From: Dimorphilus gyrociliatus
Lineage: Eukaryota > Animalia > Annelida
Assembly (NCBI GenBank): GCA_904063045.1
Contig: CAJFCJ010000019.1
Location: 3,416,684-3,480,683 of the forward strand
Reading direction: 5' to 3'
Length of the DNA stretch: 64,000 bases
The notes under the pieces are model-generated. The model was not told the origin of the DNA, searched no databases, and was given only the letters and a program-made list of their open reading frames with translations. Shown one piece after another: positions 12,285 through 26,805 of this stretch; positions within the stretch are counted from its first letter, which is position 1; every line of letters begins with the position of its first letter. The position numbers were made by a program, and so were the translations under genes.

Positions 12285-15200
12285 TTATAGACGATCAATA
12301 AAGTATAAATCAGAGTATTTAAGGCATACAGTTTGTTCTCCTACACTGACAAACACTTCGTCCGATGACATATTTTGTACAGTACCAAACATATACTCTC
12401 CATCAACATTAACAACAACGCTTTCGTTTATGCTATAGTCATTTTTCTTCATTAGAAACTTTTCCTGTTTACTGTGAACTTTTGATGAAGGTGAATTAGT
12501 TTTTGAAGAATCAACCTGTTTCACTCTAATATTTAATGCATCTAGTAGAATTTCAAATTCATTATCGTTTTCTGCAGTTAACAAAGACACTAAGTAAAGT
12601 GAACTACTTCCGAGTACACCCTCTAATATAGTGTCAGCCAGATAATGCACTATTTCGATAAGAGTCTGTTTATCAAACTCTTCTTTATTTTCGATGTATA
12701 GCATTCCCGAATCCCAAACACAACATTTTGATATTTCAGTTCCCTTTACAACTTTGGAATCAAGCATAAGTTGAGTTCGAACTCTTTTTACTGCCATTAT
12801 ATCAACGTTATGTAATATTTCATTTGTTCTTGATGAGTCAGCTTGAATAGAATTATGATATATTAAACGTTCCACCGCGATGTGGAATTTTGCGCTCTTT
12901 AAACGATTCGACAAAAACTTGACTAGTTTCGAATCTTTAGTAGCAGTTTTCCTCTCTTCCTCCATTAAAACTTCCCTCACTCTGTCGCTTAAAAGTTTAG
13001 GTCTAACTTTTACTGGCACATTTTTAATCAAATCTAGCGTTTGGTGAAGAGTTAGATTGACCTGAGTTAAATCAGATAATAATTTTATTTCTTTACATCC
13101 ATTTATCCTATTATAAAATGCTGGTGTGTCATTAAATACCAGTAGGTTTGAAGGTATCATTTCCATATCTTCGGAAGGAAGGTGAAACTCCTCCAACTCT
13201 GTCTCGCCTTTCTTAATTGAGAGTAGTAAGCCTTTTGTTGCTCTAAGAGCTAATTTAAATTCATTAGGCGTTAAAGGAAGTTCCAATTTTGCAATCTCAT
13301 TTAAACCATAGGAATACTGATTGGGAGTGGGACATTCCGTTGCACCAAGCATTTCAAAAAAGGTTAAAAATTCACCGAAAGACGGTGGTATTTTATGTAT
13401 GAAGTGATTCAGTTCATCGTCAACGTTATTGAAGCCGAGACAAGTACACCTGGCTTTTGTAACATGTGTTTCAAGGAAAACAATCTTGTTTTCAAACAAT
13501 AACTTTAGTAATTTTTCATTATCAGCTTCGTTTGGTAAGTGTTCTTGTAAATAGCTATAGCAACCTCTGAATACGCATTTTAAGATATGATTCTTTTCAC
13601 TCAATGAAAATTGTCTATTTCCAACGGCATTACTTAATTTCAATAAATGATTAACGACCATTTTACAAGTTGGATTTTCCTGGAAATTCAATGAAATTTG
13701 AAGCCTCTTAGCTCTAATTTTGTCCTCTATCGTATCGATAGGATTGGCCCAATTACGAACAAAAGATGCTTGTGTCCAACAGCAGTCGCTAAACTTGACC
13801 GGAAGGCACTTATTTAGAGAAGAATATTTATTTTCAGAGGGAATTGGTAAGAGATCAATAAAATCGTTATTAATAGGTGTTGTGCTAACGCATTCAATTT
13901 TGGACAATTCAGATCCAATATTTTCCACCTTATCAATGTTCATTTTTTCGTAAATATATTCCCAGAAAGTTAGGGATGCTTTTTCAGCATTTTCTCCATT
14001 CTTGAATTTTTCTTCTATGTCACGAGCAAAACCTAAAATCATCTTTTCATCTATGTCATTTTCACTTTTTAAACCTAAAAGTAAAAGAAATTCTTTCCAT
14101 TCACTTTTAGAGAAAGGTTTCAAATTTTCATAAGCCAAGAAGCTACTTGCTGAGAGTAGGCATTTGAAAATTGATACATCTTCATCGTAAAATTCGCAAA
14201 CCCTCTGCATACTCTCTTTTTCCGAATGATAGAATAGCGGTGTATCCATTAAGAATTTCACTAAATCTGATTTATCATTGTCGGTTATTTCTGGATTCTT
14301 TATACGATTGAATAAATAATTTAAATGTTTCATTCTTCCTTCGTCGGTCAAGAATTCGACATTTTTAAGTATAAAGTTTTGATAGACATCCAAATCAGAC
14401 AACTCACTTACCCCAATAGTTTTATGGAACTCTTCCAAATCGGGATTAGTTTTCAGGAATACTGTACCCGTTTTACTATGGAAAACTTCTGTATCATCAC
14501 TAGGGACTTGCGAAGGCAAAGTATAAACAAAAGCATCACTTAGACTAACTAATTCTCCTGCTGCCGTTAAATGTATAGGTAAATCTCTTAATCTCTCAAC
14601 ATCTTCCTCTAAAAACAGATCCTTCTTTTTTCTACCGAAATAAGAACATAAATTGTTTGTGTCACTCTGATTGAGGTTTGAAATTCTATCTTTTCTCTCA
14701 CAGATAATATTCAAAACATTCCTAGCATCATCCTCGCATGCTATAAGACTTCTAACATATTCTATGTTCTGTTTAAGGACTCCTGAATTTAGCTTGGGAA
14801 CATTCAATTTCTTTAGGGCATTCGATAGGCCCTGCGTATCGTCTAGTCTAAAATCAAAAGCAATGTTCTTTGCCATGCTTGGTTGCATTAGTATCTGTTT
14901 GCCTCCTTCTTCAGCTGGAATTAGAGCCCAATAATCTAATGGAGAAATAGTTTTCTTCATAGCTATTTCTTTTCTCGTGCTTCCAGACTCATTTATATCA
15001 GCTGCTGTTATCTGATCCATAGTTTCCAATGTCTCTTCTCCAATCATATTCCATAATGTAGTCATCCACTTCTTGGATGGAATATCATTCCATTCTACTG
15101 GATCTTGCACTTGGCAAAATTTCTCTTTAGAAAGTTGAAGATCAAGTAAATCTGCTACAAAGCTAATACTCATGGGCTTAATAACAGGCAAGTTCTTTGG

Positions 15201-18200
15201 AGAGCTTTTATAAACTGCATCCCAAAGTATTGGATGAATGAACATTGACTTGGATCCAGGTAATAGCTCCATATAAGTCGGAATAAATACTGGTTTCGCT
15301 GAATCAAAAGTCCTCAATATGTTATCTGCTGTCAAAAGTAGAGGAACGCAGTCCAACCTGTACCAGAACGATTCAGCACTTGAACAGTATACAGAGAGTT
15401 CTTTAATCGTTTCAATATCTTTAAATTTAGTATTATTCACTGGACAAGGGAGAGTAGCACCTATATCGCAAGATTCAGTAAAAGAAGAATAGGAAAAAAG
15501 AAACGTAAGTACACCGCTGGGCTCGTAAAAGTCTATGTCAGCATTTACTTCTTGTAGATGTCTCAAAACAAATTTCGGAGTAGCAACCAAACGTAGGCCA
15601 CAATCTATTAAAACATCTTTCATTATTTGTTCTTTAGTTTTTGGAACTTTCGCATTGTCGGCTGATTTGAAAAGAGATCTAACTCTGCCAAAGAACGATG
15701 GAACTCCTTCATTACTAGTAAGAGATTCAGAATCATGGGTAAAATATGCTTTCTTTCCTCCGATTGAATTTGCTACGGCTGGGAGCCACGTTATAAACGA
15801 CTGTTGTGGTGCTTGATTTGGTTCATCATCGGCAATTTGAACACAAGGAAAGAACGGAGATTTCTCTTCCTTAACTAGTTCATAGAAGGATGTAACAAGT
15901 TCATTTAGAATATTATCTTCAGAAGCTTTTGGCCAAAATTCATAGAAAGCCTTCATTGAACTCTCAATCAAGGCTTTACTACAACCTGGAACGACAAGCG
16001 CAAAATTATCACTCATTGTATGCCCCAATCCTCTCATCCTTAAACACGAGATTAGTTCAATATAAGACGGTGCTAATACGAATCGTTGAAGCATTTGATT
16101 CCAATCTGCTCCCAAGCCTTCTTTTGCCAAGTTTAATCTGTTTTCATGCTCAAGAACAAAATGAGCATTTACATGTACTGGAAGACTGGTTGAAAGCGGT
16201 AGGGGCAGGAAGCAAAATATTTTACGATTACCACTTTGGACAGCCAATTCTCCCCTTACAGTTTTCTTTAAAAGACAAGCCAGAGAGCCTCTCGGTATTA
16301 TCTTTTTCAATTCTCCGTTTATGAAAGCTTCTTCAATGTTTTGCGGAACCATCGTACCAAAGCCAAATCTTTGTGACACAAACCAAGTTTGTTCTCTTTC
16401 CAAGCTATCTTTCATCATCAAACTGTAACAAACGTGTTCCACTTCTATTTTATTTATATTCGAAGGGTTGCGCTTCAAGTCAGCGACTCCAATGTGATAT
16501 TTATCATAATAGTCACTTCGAAGTCTTTCGTCCTCGGGACTAAGAAACGACTTTACAATATATTCATTAGTTTTATACCCAGAAACTGCAATATCAAAGA
16601 AAGTAATTTTCTTTAAATTTTTTGCAAAGAGAAGTAAATCAGTTGCTATATTCTTTAATCTATCGATAATTGTTTGAACTTCTTCAACAGTAGTTTCTAC
16701 TTTTGATATTATAGAAGTTCGAGCCATATCAGCTGTTCTTAAAGGGAATCTGAAGATTGTGGCATTCTCTTTATCGAGAAGTTTAAAAGGTGCAAAAACG
16801 TCAGGGAAATCGTGTTGAACTGATGCAACATCATCAAACCGAAGACCTGGATCACTTGATGTTGATCCTGGTATATAACGGCAATGAGGATCAAAAACGC
16901 ACAAAGTTTTCTTGCATTCAATGCTAGTTAATAATACAGGAACATCAGTTAAATGATAGACGCTGCTAAATCCAACACCATATTGACCGAAACTGTCTGG
17001 ATCTTCCAATTTACTACCCTCACCAAACTGCTGGATACCATAAAGGTCTTTGTCCGTAAATTGCTGATTGTTAAACACCATAAGAGCTGGACCTTGTAAT
17101 TTACGCCATTCATCTCCAAATACCAGCTTGCTTTGATGCATCCGATAATCTAGAACTATTTGTATTTCGGTGGCTTTTGCATCATCAGCATTTTGAACGA
17201 GTTCATACAAAATTCTCTCATCTTTTGGGATATTACGGATGAGTCTCTTTATAGAGCTTGTGAATTTTTCCTTCTGACCAAATGGCAATGACTTTGCATA
17301 ACGTCTTACTGCTTCACCCCTTGTTGTTCTTACTCCTAAAAAAGCTGCCGTCGAATGAGACAATTTTGGGTGAGCTAATGAACCATTGATCCCTTTCATC
17401 CAAGGACAATCATTAACAACAAGAGATCTTCCTTCTCTCAGAATTCCTTCATTATCGGGTACATAGATTGTTCCACTAGTCTTTTCCACTTCTTCTAGGC
17501 TTTTATTGCTAACTTCCAAAAGCGATGATAGACTATTAGTTAATGCCAAGCTTACTAGTAGGTCTTTGTCGCACAGAGGTTTGTCTTCGGAGTTATTTTT
17601 TAGCTCGGTCAAGCTGTTTGCAAAATCTTCGATCTCGAATGATTCACGTACTCCGCATAATAGAAGTAAACTATGACAATCTTTTACACCATCTGGTATT
17701 CTGTATAAATAAGGAGAGCAATCTTTGTCTAAACGCATTGCAACCTTACACGGATTAACCAAATTGTTGTCAACAAAGATAGATTGCTGTACGCTAACAT
17801 TGTTTATAAAATAATCTTCAAACTTAGTCTTATCTTCTTCATTTAAATTCGGGTAAACCTGATTTAACGACCGCAAAGTTCTCAACCAGCATATCTCTAG
17901 TTCTTTCCTTTCTTTTTCGTTTAATTTATCAAATGAACAATGTAAAATATTTTCAAACTGCTTTTGCAGTAGTTCCCAGGAGCACTTTTTCTTAATAAGA
18001 CGTAAGAAGCTTTTCAAACGAGTACTAAAATTTTCCAAATTTCCAACACTTTCTTCAACAATGGGTGCAACGCTTCCTAATCGTTTCTCATCCTCCTTTT
18101 CATAGATTTCTTCAGGTGTAAACAATTTTGATTTTTCATCTGTTATAAACCATTCAAGAGGATAATTTTCTGGTTTCTTTCTGGCTATCAAAAAGGGTAT

Positions 18201-21200
18201 ATTTTGCACAGCGTCCATAGCAAATCCCAGACCAACATCATTGTTCGGATTGTACGTTCTTCTAAGTTTCATTTCAAGGAAAGATATTATTGAGGAAATT
18301 CTGTCCATCCGATGTTGCTCATTTTCTATTCTCTCTACAGTTTTCAGTCGATCTATAGTCTCCTCCCAAGAAATATCATTCGATCGCATGCCTAGTTTCT
18401 GAAGGAGTCCTAAGGAATATGCTTCGTTCAGTTCTTTTCCGTTGGGAAATCTATTATCACTTTCATCATACAACTTCGCCAACTCTTGGGTCGGATTAAT
18501 TAATTCGCAAGGTTTCTTTAAAATCTTATTAGGACCAGCAGGTATACATGCAAAGGCTGATATTAAGGCATTGATTTCTCCATCATTCAAACGAAGTGCA
18601 AAGCATATCATTGTATAAATATCTTCTTCCTCTAGAATGCCAAGATTCTCAAAAAAATACTCCTTAAAAAATTTTGAAATAGTAATCAAGCGCTCTTCAA
18701 TTATATACTTCTTTCCTGTTTTCCTTAAAGCTTTCATTAATAACACAGATAGCTTAACAACGTGAAAATCCTTCAAGACAGTTTGAATGATAGACGTACA
18801 AGCAGTTTCAATTATTTCACTCTTTTGCAATTCGTCTACCAGAAATAGCGAATTATTTAAATAAACAGTCTTTCCATTTTTTTCCAAAAGTGGAACTTTT
18901 TCTAAGCAGGCTACGTTATTGTAAAATGCTTGGATAAGTGGTTCCAAATACATTGGAAGATGCGGTACATCACTTGGCCATAGAGAATATAGTTCGAATG
19001 AAAACTCACTAGGTAGGAGACGTCGTACATCCTCTATAGCTTTCATGTACACTCTATTGACAGCATCTTTAAGCAGCAGTTCATTCCAAAGCACCTTAAT
19101 ATTTTCCTTATCATCGATTGTCTTATAATTTAAGCTTCGTCTGTTTGATTGAACAGAAAAGAGTGCATTAATTTGAACAGGAAGTTTTGAATGTATCGGA
19201 AGTGGAAGAAAACAAAATAGTTGAGAGTTCTGTAGTGCGATTGGAACAAAATTACTTTCAACTTTTTGGAGAGCAATTGCAACCGAGCAAGCAGAATTAA
19301 ATCCGTATTGTGTATTCTCCAAGGATAGCGTGAGACTCTCTTCAATACCCATACCACATCTAATTAGCCAAAAATCATCTGCTGATGCCTTCGTATTTAA
19401 TAGTAATGCATTGTTATTGGTTTTTAATGTTTTATTAGTGCTATCATCATTCGTCTTATTTTCTTCTGAAGCTTCCGAGTTGTTCACTTCAACTTCCTTT
19501 TCTTTATCAGTTATGCTAGGATTTTCATCCTGTTTTCCATCATAAATCAAACCACTCTTAAATGACATCTGTAGAATATAAGACCATTGGAAATTATTCA
19601 AGTTTGATTGTCTTTTATTCTTTAAGAAATCAGCTGAGTTTTTGAGCAAGGAAGAAACATTTCGCAACAACTCTCGATCATCTGAAAAATTGAAATCAAC
19701 TGGTGGTGGAGCTAAAATTACTTTACATGATTTTGAAACTTCAAATATTTTAGATATATCTTCAGTAGTTCCATCTTTCTTTAAATGATGTAATTCTATT
19801 TTTGTTACACTTTGTGTAAAAAGGAGTAAACTTTGAGCATGATCGATGAGCAAATTTAACAACACTCTCATTTGATTTTCATCATAAAACTTTGAACTTA
19901 TCTCCGATTGAGCAGCCTGAAGTTTTGTTCTAAGAGGCAGACGGAACAAGGTTCCTGAAAATTTATGTGATTTCTCCGAACATATTTTACATCCAAATAT
20001 ATCTTGATAAGTATGAAATTGATGAGGAAGCTTTTTCAGGAGAGCTCTTGAATTCTTTATTGCTATTTTAATACCAGGTTTTGTACAGTCTCTTACTGCT
20101 TTTCTTAAATATTTCAAGTGGGGATCGAAAATAACAAGATGATCGTTAGAGACACAGCTAGGAACATCAGTTAGATTGTAGACTGCATTAAATCCTAATC
20201 CAAACTTTCCAACTTTATCCGTTCTCTCCAGCTTTGTTGCCCCTCCCAATTGTGTAATTGCCTTGAAATCATTATCACTGAACTTGGCATTATTGTAAGA
20301 CCAAAAAGCTGGTCCTTGGCATTCACTCATTCTTTCATCCAACAAGTACTGTCTATAACTTTCGTTCTCTCTTTCGTCATAAAGAAATTTTACAACTGTT
20401 GCTCCAGCATCATCAGCATTTTGAATCAACTCTTTTGGAACAGCTAGTCCATCTGTATAATCGTCTAAAAGCGCTTTAAGTCGGGTTGTTAACGGTTCAG
20501 ATTGCCCAAATCCGGTAAAGCAAAGTTCCTCAGCATCTAACATTCTACTCATTAAAGTTGGAACATTTAATGCCTCACAAGTTGTTGCAGGCAGTAAATT
20601 GTGAGCCAATTTTATATCATCACCCTCGTCAATAGCCATATCAAAGCCTTGTCTGAGCCAGTCAAGATCACAGTAGCTTGTCTCTTCAATAGGAAAAAAT
20701 TGAAAGCCCTGTTGATGATTTACGGGAATAAGGATAAATTTTTGAAGTTGACCTTTAGCTTCCTCCAAATCTTTCATATAGTTTAGTATATCAATTGTCA
20801 TTTGTAAGTTTTGTTTATAATCAAATTGTCCATCTTGACATTGTTTCATCTTATTCGACATTCTATGTTGAACTTTCAGTAAAGTTTTTATCGAACATTT
20901 TGATTCAACCCCTAATTCTTTAAGAATTTTTATATATTTCAACATCTCCGATGGGCAAAAGAAACAAAAAGGTTCTAGAGTAACTTGAAATTTTTCTAAA
21001 ACCATCAAATCTACGGAACAAAATCCATCACCACTCCATAAAAACTGAGTAAAGTTTAAATCTTCTAAAGCTTTCCTTAGCTTTTCAACGGGTTTTGAAA
21101 AAATAAACTCATAAACGTTGATAATCAATGGCAAATAGTTAACTTTTTCCTCGGAAATATAGCAATTCTTGATGTTTTGTAAGTGTTTTATGACCACATG

Positions 21201-24200
21201 AAGAGGTGGTTCCTTCTCAATACCCAAGTTGTCTTCTAACTCAGTTGATAAATTTTTACTTGTAACATTTGAGACAGATCCACAAATTCTGCTCCATCTT
21301 CTTCCATAAACTTCTGTTGGTTTTGATAGGTAATTATCTTGTTCAGCCTTCCATTTCAGAGATTTCGGATAATTGTCTGGAGGCAATTGACAAATTGGAA
21401 TAAATCGCGATTTTTTCAAAGTAGACAAGCTGCTTTTGAAGCAAGAATTTGAAGATAATTTTATATTTCTTTCCAAAAAGAGGGTAATTGCAATAGCTTT
21501 ATTTAAAATATCCTGTTTCATAGTACAACTATTTTCTAGATCTTCATTCACAGTATTATTTGTCAAGTTTGATTTATTCTTCACACTTTCATCTTCAATT
21601 AAAAGCTGGTTTACACAGTATATTGCTTCTAAAAGATCCTCAGCCGTAATGTTCTTTTCTCCTTTTAATCCTAATCTACGCAGAACACTTCTAGAATTAT
21701 CTTCTGCATACAATCCTATTGGAAAAAGTTTTTGAAGAGCAAAAATGCTCCTCACCGTTTCACTTGAATCATCAAACGCCTCTGATGGAGTAAGAAACGT
21801 TTGAGAATCAGTTTTGACACATGGAACTGTTGCTAAAGTAGCACAAAATTCTTTAGATTTCGAATATTCGTTAAATTTTTGGACAATATACAGAAAGAAT
21901 GCTTCAACCTCGTCCGGTTGATATGTATTAGTACTCATCGCAGGTAGAACTAGTTGTACTAAAATATCAGTTATTTGAATAACTTGAACATTACACATTC
22001 TTGCCAAAATGGATGCATTCTTGTCTGCGACGTTGATATGAGGTGAAAACATCTGAATAGGAAGTTTTTCAGCTGGTGCGGCTTTTGAAACTTCACATGC
22101 TGTGACAACGAAAGGTTTATTCCCAACTGTTTCAAAAAGAGGCATATTTTTTAAAAGTTCTATATGTTTCGATTGAATTTTTTGAGTTCGATTCGAGACT
22201 ATCCACTCTCTAAATGCCTCTCTCTCTTCAGACGTACAATTCTCCCTAATATTATCTCTCCAGGAATTTTTATCACAACTTTGCGAAGATGAATAAAGAG
22301 CCTCCATAATATCTTCGAATACTGGTAGTTTTACATAATTGCCTAGCATTAGAGGATGAGATGCTACGAAATTTGGAATTCCCTCCAAAATACAAAGCCC
22401 TGATTTTTCTAAGAAGTATAATACTTTTTCGGGCAAAGTAATACCCATAGCTGATTTTAACAGAGTTAAAGGACCAGCATCTAATTTTAGTAATCGCGTT
22501 GAATTATCGTCAGACTCTAGAAGAATAATTGGAAGTTTTTCGAAATTGGACAAATCTGTCGAAAATTCACGGCATAAATGTTTCCAAAGGTTTTCGAACC
22601 ATTCAGCATTTAAAACAGACTGGTATAATGTTAGAATGTCCTGCTTTTCTTGCCTAAATACGCAGTTATTTTCCAATAAAACTTGCTTAATAAGAAAACT
22701 GAGATTACTCTTCTTACAATCCGTCAACTGTAGAGATCCTACAAAAGATAAGCTCATTTTCAATTGTCTTTATAAAAGTAGGGATAAATACCTTCTTTAC
22801 ATATCCTTTTTAGCGCTTCGTAGAGAGACGTGTCAATATCATCTCGAACTAGCAAATGATCGATGCCAAGAAATAATTTCCTAGGATCGTTTTTCTCCAT
22901 AAGAAATATGGATTGATTTTGGCTTGATTTTGGAAGAAAAGTAGTAAACGAGCCATTTTTTAGCGGTAACAAAGGCAAATTAATCAAACTATTATAATCA
23001 TGATCTTTAACAACATATTTGAGTACCAATAATTTTGAGGAACAATCAAATTTTTGTTCAAAATTCTTTTGCTTCAAAATAACTCTTCTAACCAAGTCTG
23101 GAGTTATCATAAATAAATCATTGTTATAAAATGTACTGAGAGCATGTAATATATGTTCTGGAGCTTTTACCACAGGAACCTGACAATCAAGAAGAAGTCT
23201 GCGTACACCTAACACGACCGTGCTTTCGTCTTTCATACAATCGAAAATAGCTTCTTTTATGTGCAACCATTTACCATTCAAGACTTCAGAGAAGAGGAAT
23301 GATTCTTTAAATAAAGTCTGATAAAAAGGTTGTAAGATAATTTTCCAATGATCAAAAACTAATCTTAAATCTGGTAAGGAACTTAAAATATCTTCGACAT
23401 TTAACTGACCCATTTTGTTACTTTCGATTGCTTTTAAAATCATTGTGCAATAACATTGCGGTAGCATCTGTCCAAGTAAATATCTATTCCATAACAGATC
23501 TACATCTGTTTTTAATAGCTTTTGATTTGGATGACTAGACCACTTTAGGTGACGTCGATTTTGACTGACGGCAAAATGCCCATTAACATGAATGGGTAGA
23601 CCACTAACAGTTTTCTGTTCGGAAGGTAGGGGAAGAAAACAAAAAACTTGTCCAGTAACATCTCTCTCACTAGTTACAATAGGCATTGCAGTGCCAACGA
23701 TCGGTATATATTTGTGCCCAACATTTTTTAATAAGTCTTTCAATTGTTCGTCTTGAATTTTCGAAGAGAATTTTTCAGTAATAAAATAAGATTGTTTATT
23801 CTTTGCGTTGCTTTCATAATCTATAGTTTCAATTGTTCCCCTATACGTTTTTAGAAAATCAATATTTCGCACCAAATTCAGTTTTATAGCTTGTTTAAAT
23901 TTCCAAGTCTCTTCATCCAAGTTTACTTGAAATATTGTCCTTATAGTTGAATTTTGCCTGACGCATAATTCGATCTTTTTTATATTTTTCAGAAATATTA
24001 AGAGCAAATGCGCATCTTGTTTAAAACTCTGAAATAAATTGAGGATTTTCGTAGAACCATAAACAGTTTTTGATAGAGCTGATGGAATCTTCCTTAGAGG
24101 AAATCTGAAAAGTGTTCCTGAATAATTTCCGCGTTTGAAATTCTCCTCATTACATCCAAATATGGATTTAAATGGTTTAAATTGGCTGGGATATTGATTC

Positions 24201-24749
24201 ATTTCTCTATTCCTTTCGTCAATGTTCCAACAATATCCTGTTGTCGCCTCTCCATCAAAAGTAAAATATTTTTCGTGGGGGTCAATGTATGCTAGTTTAT
24301 TCTTACTGATAACAGACGGCAGATCAGTCATATGAAATACAGATTTGAAGCCGAGACCAAAACGCCCAACTTTAAGTGGATCTTTTTCTTTTACGCTGTC
24401 TTGCAGCATACGAATTCCTAACCAATCTTTGTTTGTAAACGTTGCATCATTAAAAGCATAAAGCGCGGGTCCCTGAAAATTCGATAAATCAGGATGTTGA
24501 AATTCTTTTAGATTCGATGAGTCATAATTCGTTTCATCATAGAGGAATTTAATGGTAGTTGCACCAGCATCTTCTGCATTCTGAAGCAACTCCTGCAATA
24601 TACATATGTCGTTAAAAAAGATGGATTCTAGTGAACCGAGATAATACTTTTAATATTTGACCATCATCAGGATATTGATCCAAAATTGACTTTAATTGAC
24701 GAATAAGACTTGGTCTTATGATGGAGAATTCTTCTTCTCTTCCAGCCAT
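12285..24749 (-). CDS. SACS: Sacsin-like protein, ~4118 aa, 3 exons (24648-24749, 22792-24592, 12285-22738)
   Basis: Three GHKL/Hsp90-like sacsin repeat regions (ELLQNAEDAGA, ELIQNADDAGA, ELVQNADDAKA, each followed by G(x)FG(L/V)GF). Introns of 55 and 53 bp join the track ORFs in frame; 12,357 bp = 4,119 codons. Confidence 0.94.
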
Positions 24750-25460
24750 GATTCTTGATAACTAACACCTAAAACCGTTTTATTTATTAAGAATATGCAT
24801 TTAATGGTGCCCTACGAGTTTTTCATATTTCGCCCTATATTATAGTGTACGCTATCTGCGTCATTCAAATGTTATATATAACTAATAAAATTAAATGCTC
24901 TCTCTTTGGTTGCAGAATACTTTATTAAAACTGATGATCAGATTTAGCAGTAAAAAACCGATTGTCAATTTAAAATGTTTTAAGTATTATTTAAGTAAAA
25001 GAAATACTTACAATAGTAGAAATTTTCGTCAATTAATTTATAAAAGCAGGAACATTCCTTTCCTAACAAGACAATCTAGCGTACAAAATATGTCGATTGA
25101 CAAATTCTCATATCCTAAATGTTGAATAATATTTCTTATTTCGTTCGTTTACAGAACCCTTAATACCAGTTGTCACAAAGTCAGAATATTTTGCAATTCC
25201 ATCACTTCCGTTTCGTAATCTGGCAGAGGGCGTTCAATTTAATATTCGTTTACTTCAAAGAATACCCTTAAGAATTTCTAAAACTGAGAAAAAGAACTAA
25301 ATGCTTAAAGCTTTGAACTCTTTAAAAAGATCAGGTATGCAGATAATTACTTAATGAACACAAATGTATAAATACCGCTACACAGTTTTTATAGTCCCAA
25401 TTCCAATTATTTTTAACCAACAACTGTTTTTAGTTTGAATACATCTGCTGCAATAGAAAT

Positions 25461-26639
25461 ATGTCAGCGTCTAACATTTTGCAAAGTATCCGTCAATGCG
25501 TTCCCGTTTTAAGTGAAAATCTATATAAGGGAAATTGCGGTCGTTTGGGAGTAGTTGGAGGATGCAGAGAATATACCGGTGCGCCTTATTTTGCAGCAAT
25601 AACCATTTTAAAAATGGTTAGATAACAAAATATTTAATTTTTTGACATTATTAATAAAGTAATATTTGAAAGGGAGGAGACTTGAGTCATGTTTTTTGTG
25701 CCGAAGCGGCTGCTCCCGTCATCAAATCTTATTCTCCAGAACTTATAGTACATCCTGTTCTGTAAGAATTATACTTCAGTATACTTCATAGCTCATTACT
25801 TGCTTATTTCCTCAGTGATTCACCTGATGTTGACAGTGAAATAAAGAAATGGATACCGAAATTGCACTCAATAGTCATAGGGCCAGGGTTAGGACGCGAG
25901 GAAAAGCTGTTAAATACAACATCGAAAGTAATTGAAGCAATAAGAACACTTGAAAAGCCTATGGTTATTGACGCCGTTTGTATATTCTATAAGCCTCTCT
26001 CTTTGTTTAATTTGGATATATCTTATCTGTAGGATGGAGTTTATTGTATATCAGACCGCTTAAATTTAGTCAAAGATAATAAGAATCTAATCCTAACTCC
26101 TAATGCTGTTGAATTCAATAATCTTTTCCAGAAAGTTGTAAGTTTGTTGCCAGTTGTTTATATTTAAATTCTAAAGTTTAAAACAAACAGCATGGTAGAA
26201 AATTTGAAGGTGATGAAGGTCTTGATGAAGCTGTTAAAAGTACATGCTTGGCTCTAGGTGGTGTAACTATCGTCAGAAAAGGTGCAGAGGACGTTATTTC
26301 TGATGGGACGCATAGTAAGAATCTTAGTAAGATTGGAAAATGTAATATTATTGTATTTCATATTACATAGCTCTTAGATGTAGCGAAAAGGGTAGTACTA
26401 GACGATGTGGTGGTCAAGGAGATCTTCTCTCTGGGTCTATGGCTCTATTTCTCGCTTGGATTTCTGCTTCGAAAAATAATCTTCCACTTCCAGCAACCGT
26501 CCTAGCAGCGTTTGGAGGTTGTGTATTAACAAGACAATGTTCCCTTGCGGGATTTAAAAGGTTTGGTAGATCAATGACGACGACTGACATGATAAGCTGT
26601 ATTCATGAGTGTTTTGAAAAGACCTTTGAACATAAGTGA
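25461..26639 (+). CDS. NAXD: ATP-dependent NAD(P)H-hydrate dehydratase (6 exons)
   Basis: [46 protein letters not shown] and [12 protein letters not shown]. Confidence 0.94.
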
Positions 26640-26805
26640 ATAAGTATAATAATAAAAAAAAATCTTTCTATCAAGATAAATGCAGAACTTTCATAGTAAA
26701 TTTACACTTCTACATGTGTTACATGCACAATTGTTCACCTACATATTACTTTTTACAAAATACTGAAGGAGATAAAACTTTACAGGTTCTAAAGAGTAGA
26801 TCATT

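Noticed and set aside
13720-21735. Many 60-130 aa plus-strand ORFs inside sacsin (and similar ones inside LACTB, TRPA1, OGT and IPO4)
   Set aside because: Antisense shadows of long coding exons; no motifs.
22760-22763. 4-bp overlap of the two sacsin ORFs, resembling a prokaryotic operon or two separate genes
   Set aside because: A 53-bp GT-AG intron (22739-22791) joins them in frame into one protein.
25155-25290. Open frame after a good acceptor (PLIPVVTKSEYFAIPSLPF...EKKN*) upstream of NAXD, and a possible mitochondrial-leader exon MLKALNSLKRS
   Set aside because: I could not link either in frame to an upstream start or to NAXD; every tested junction hits a stop.
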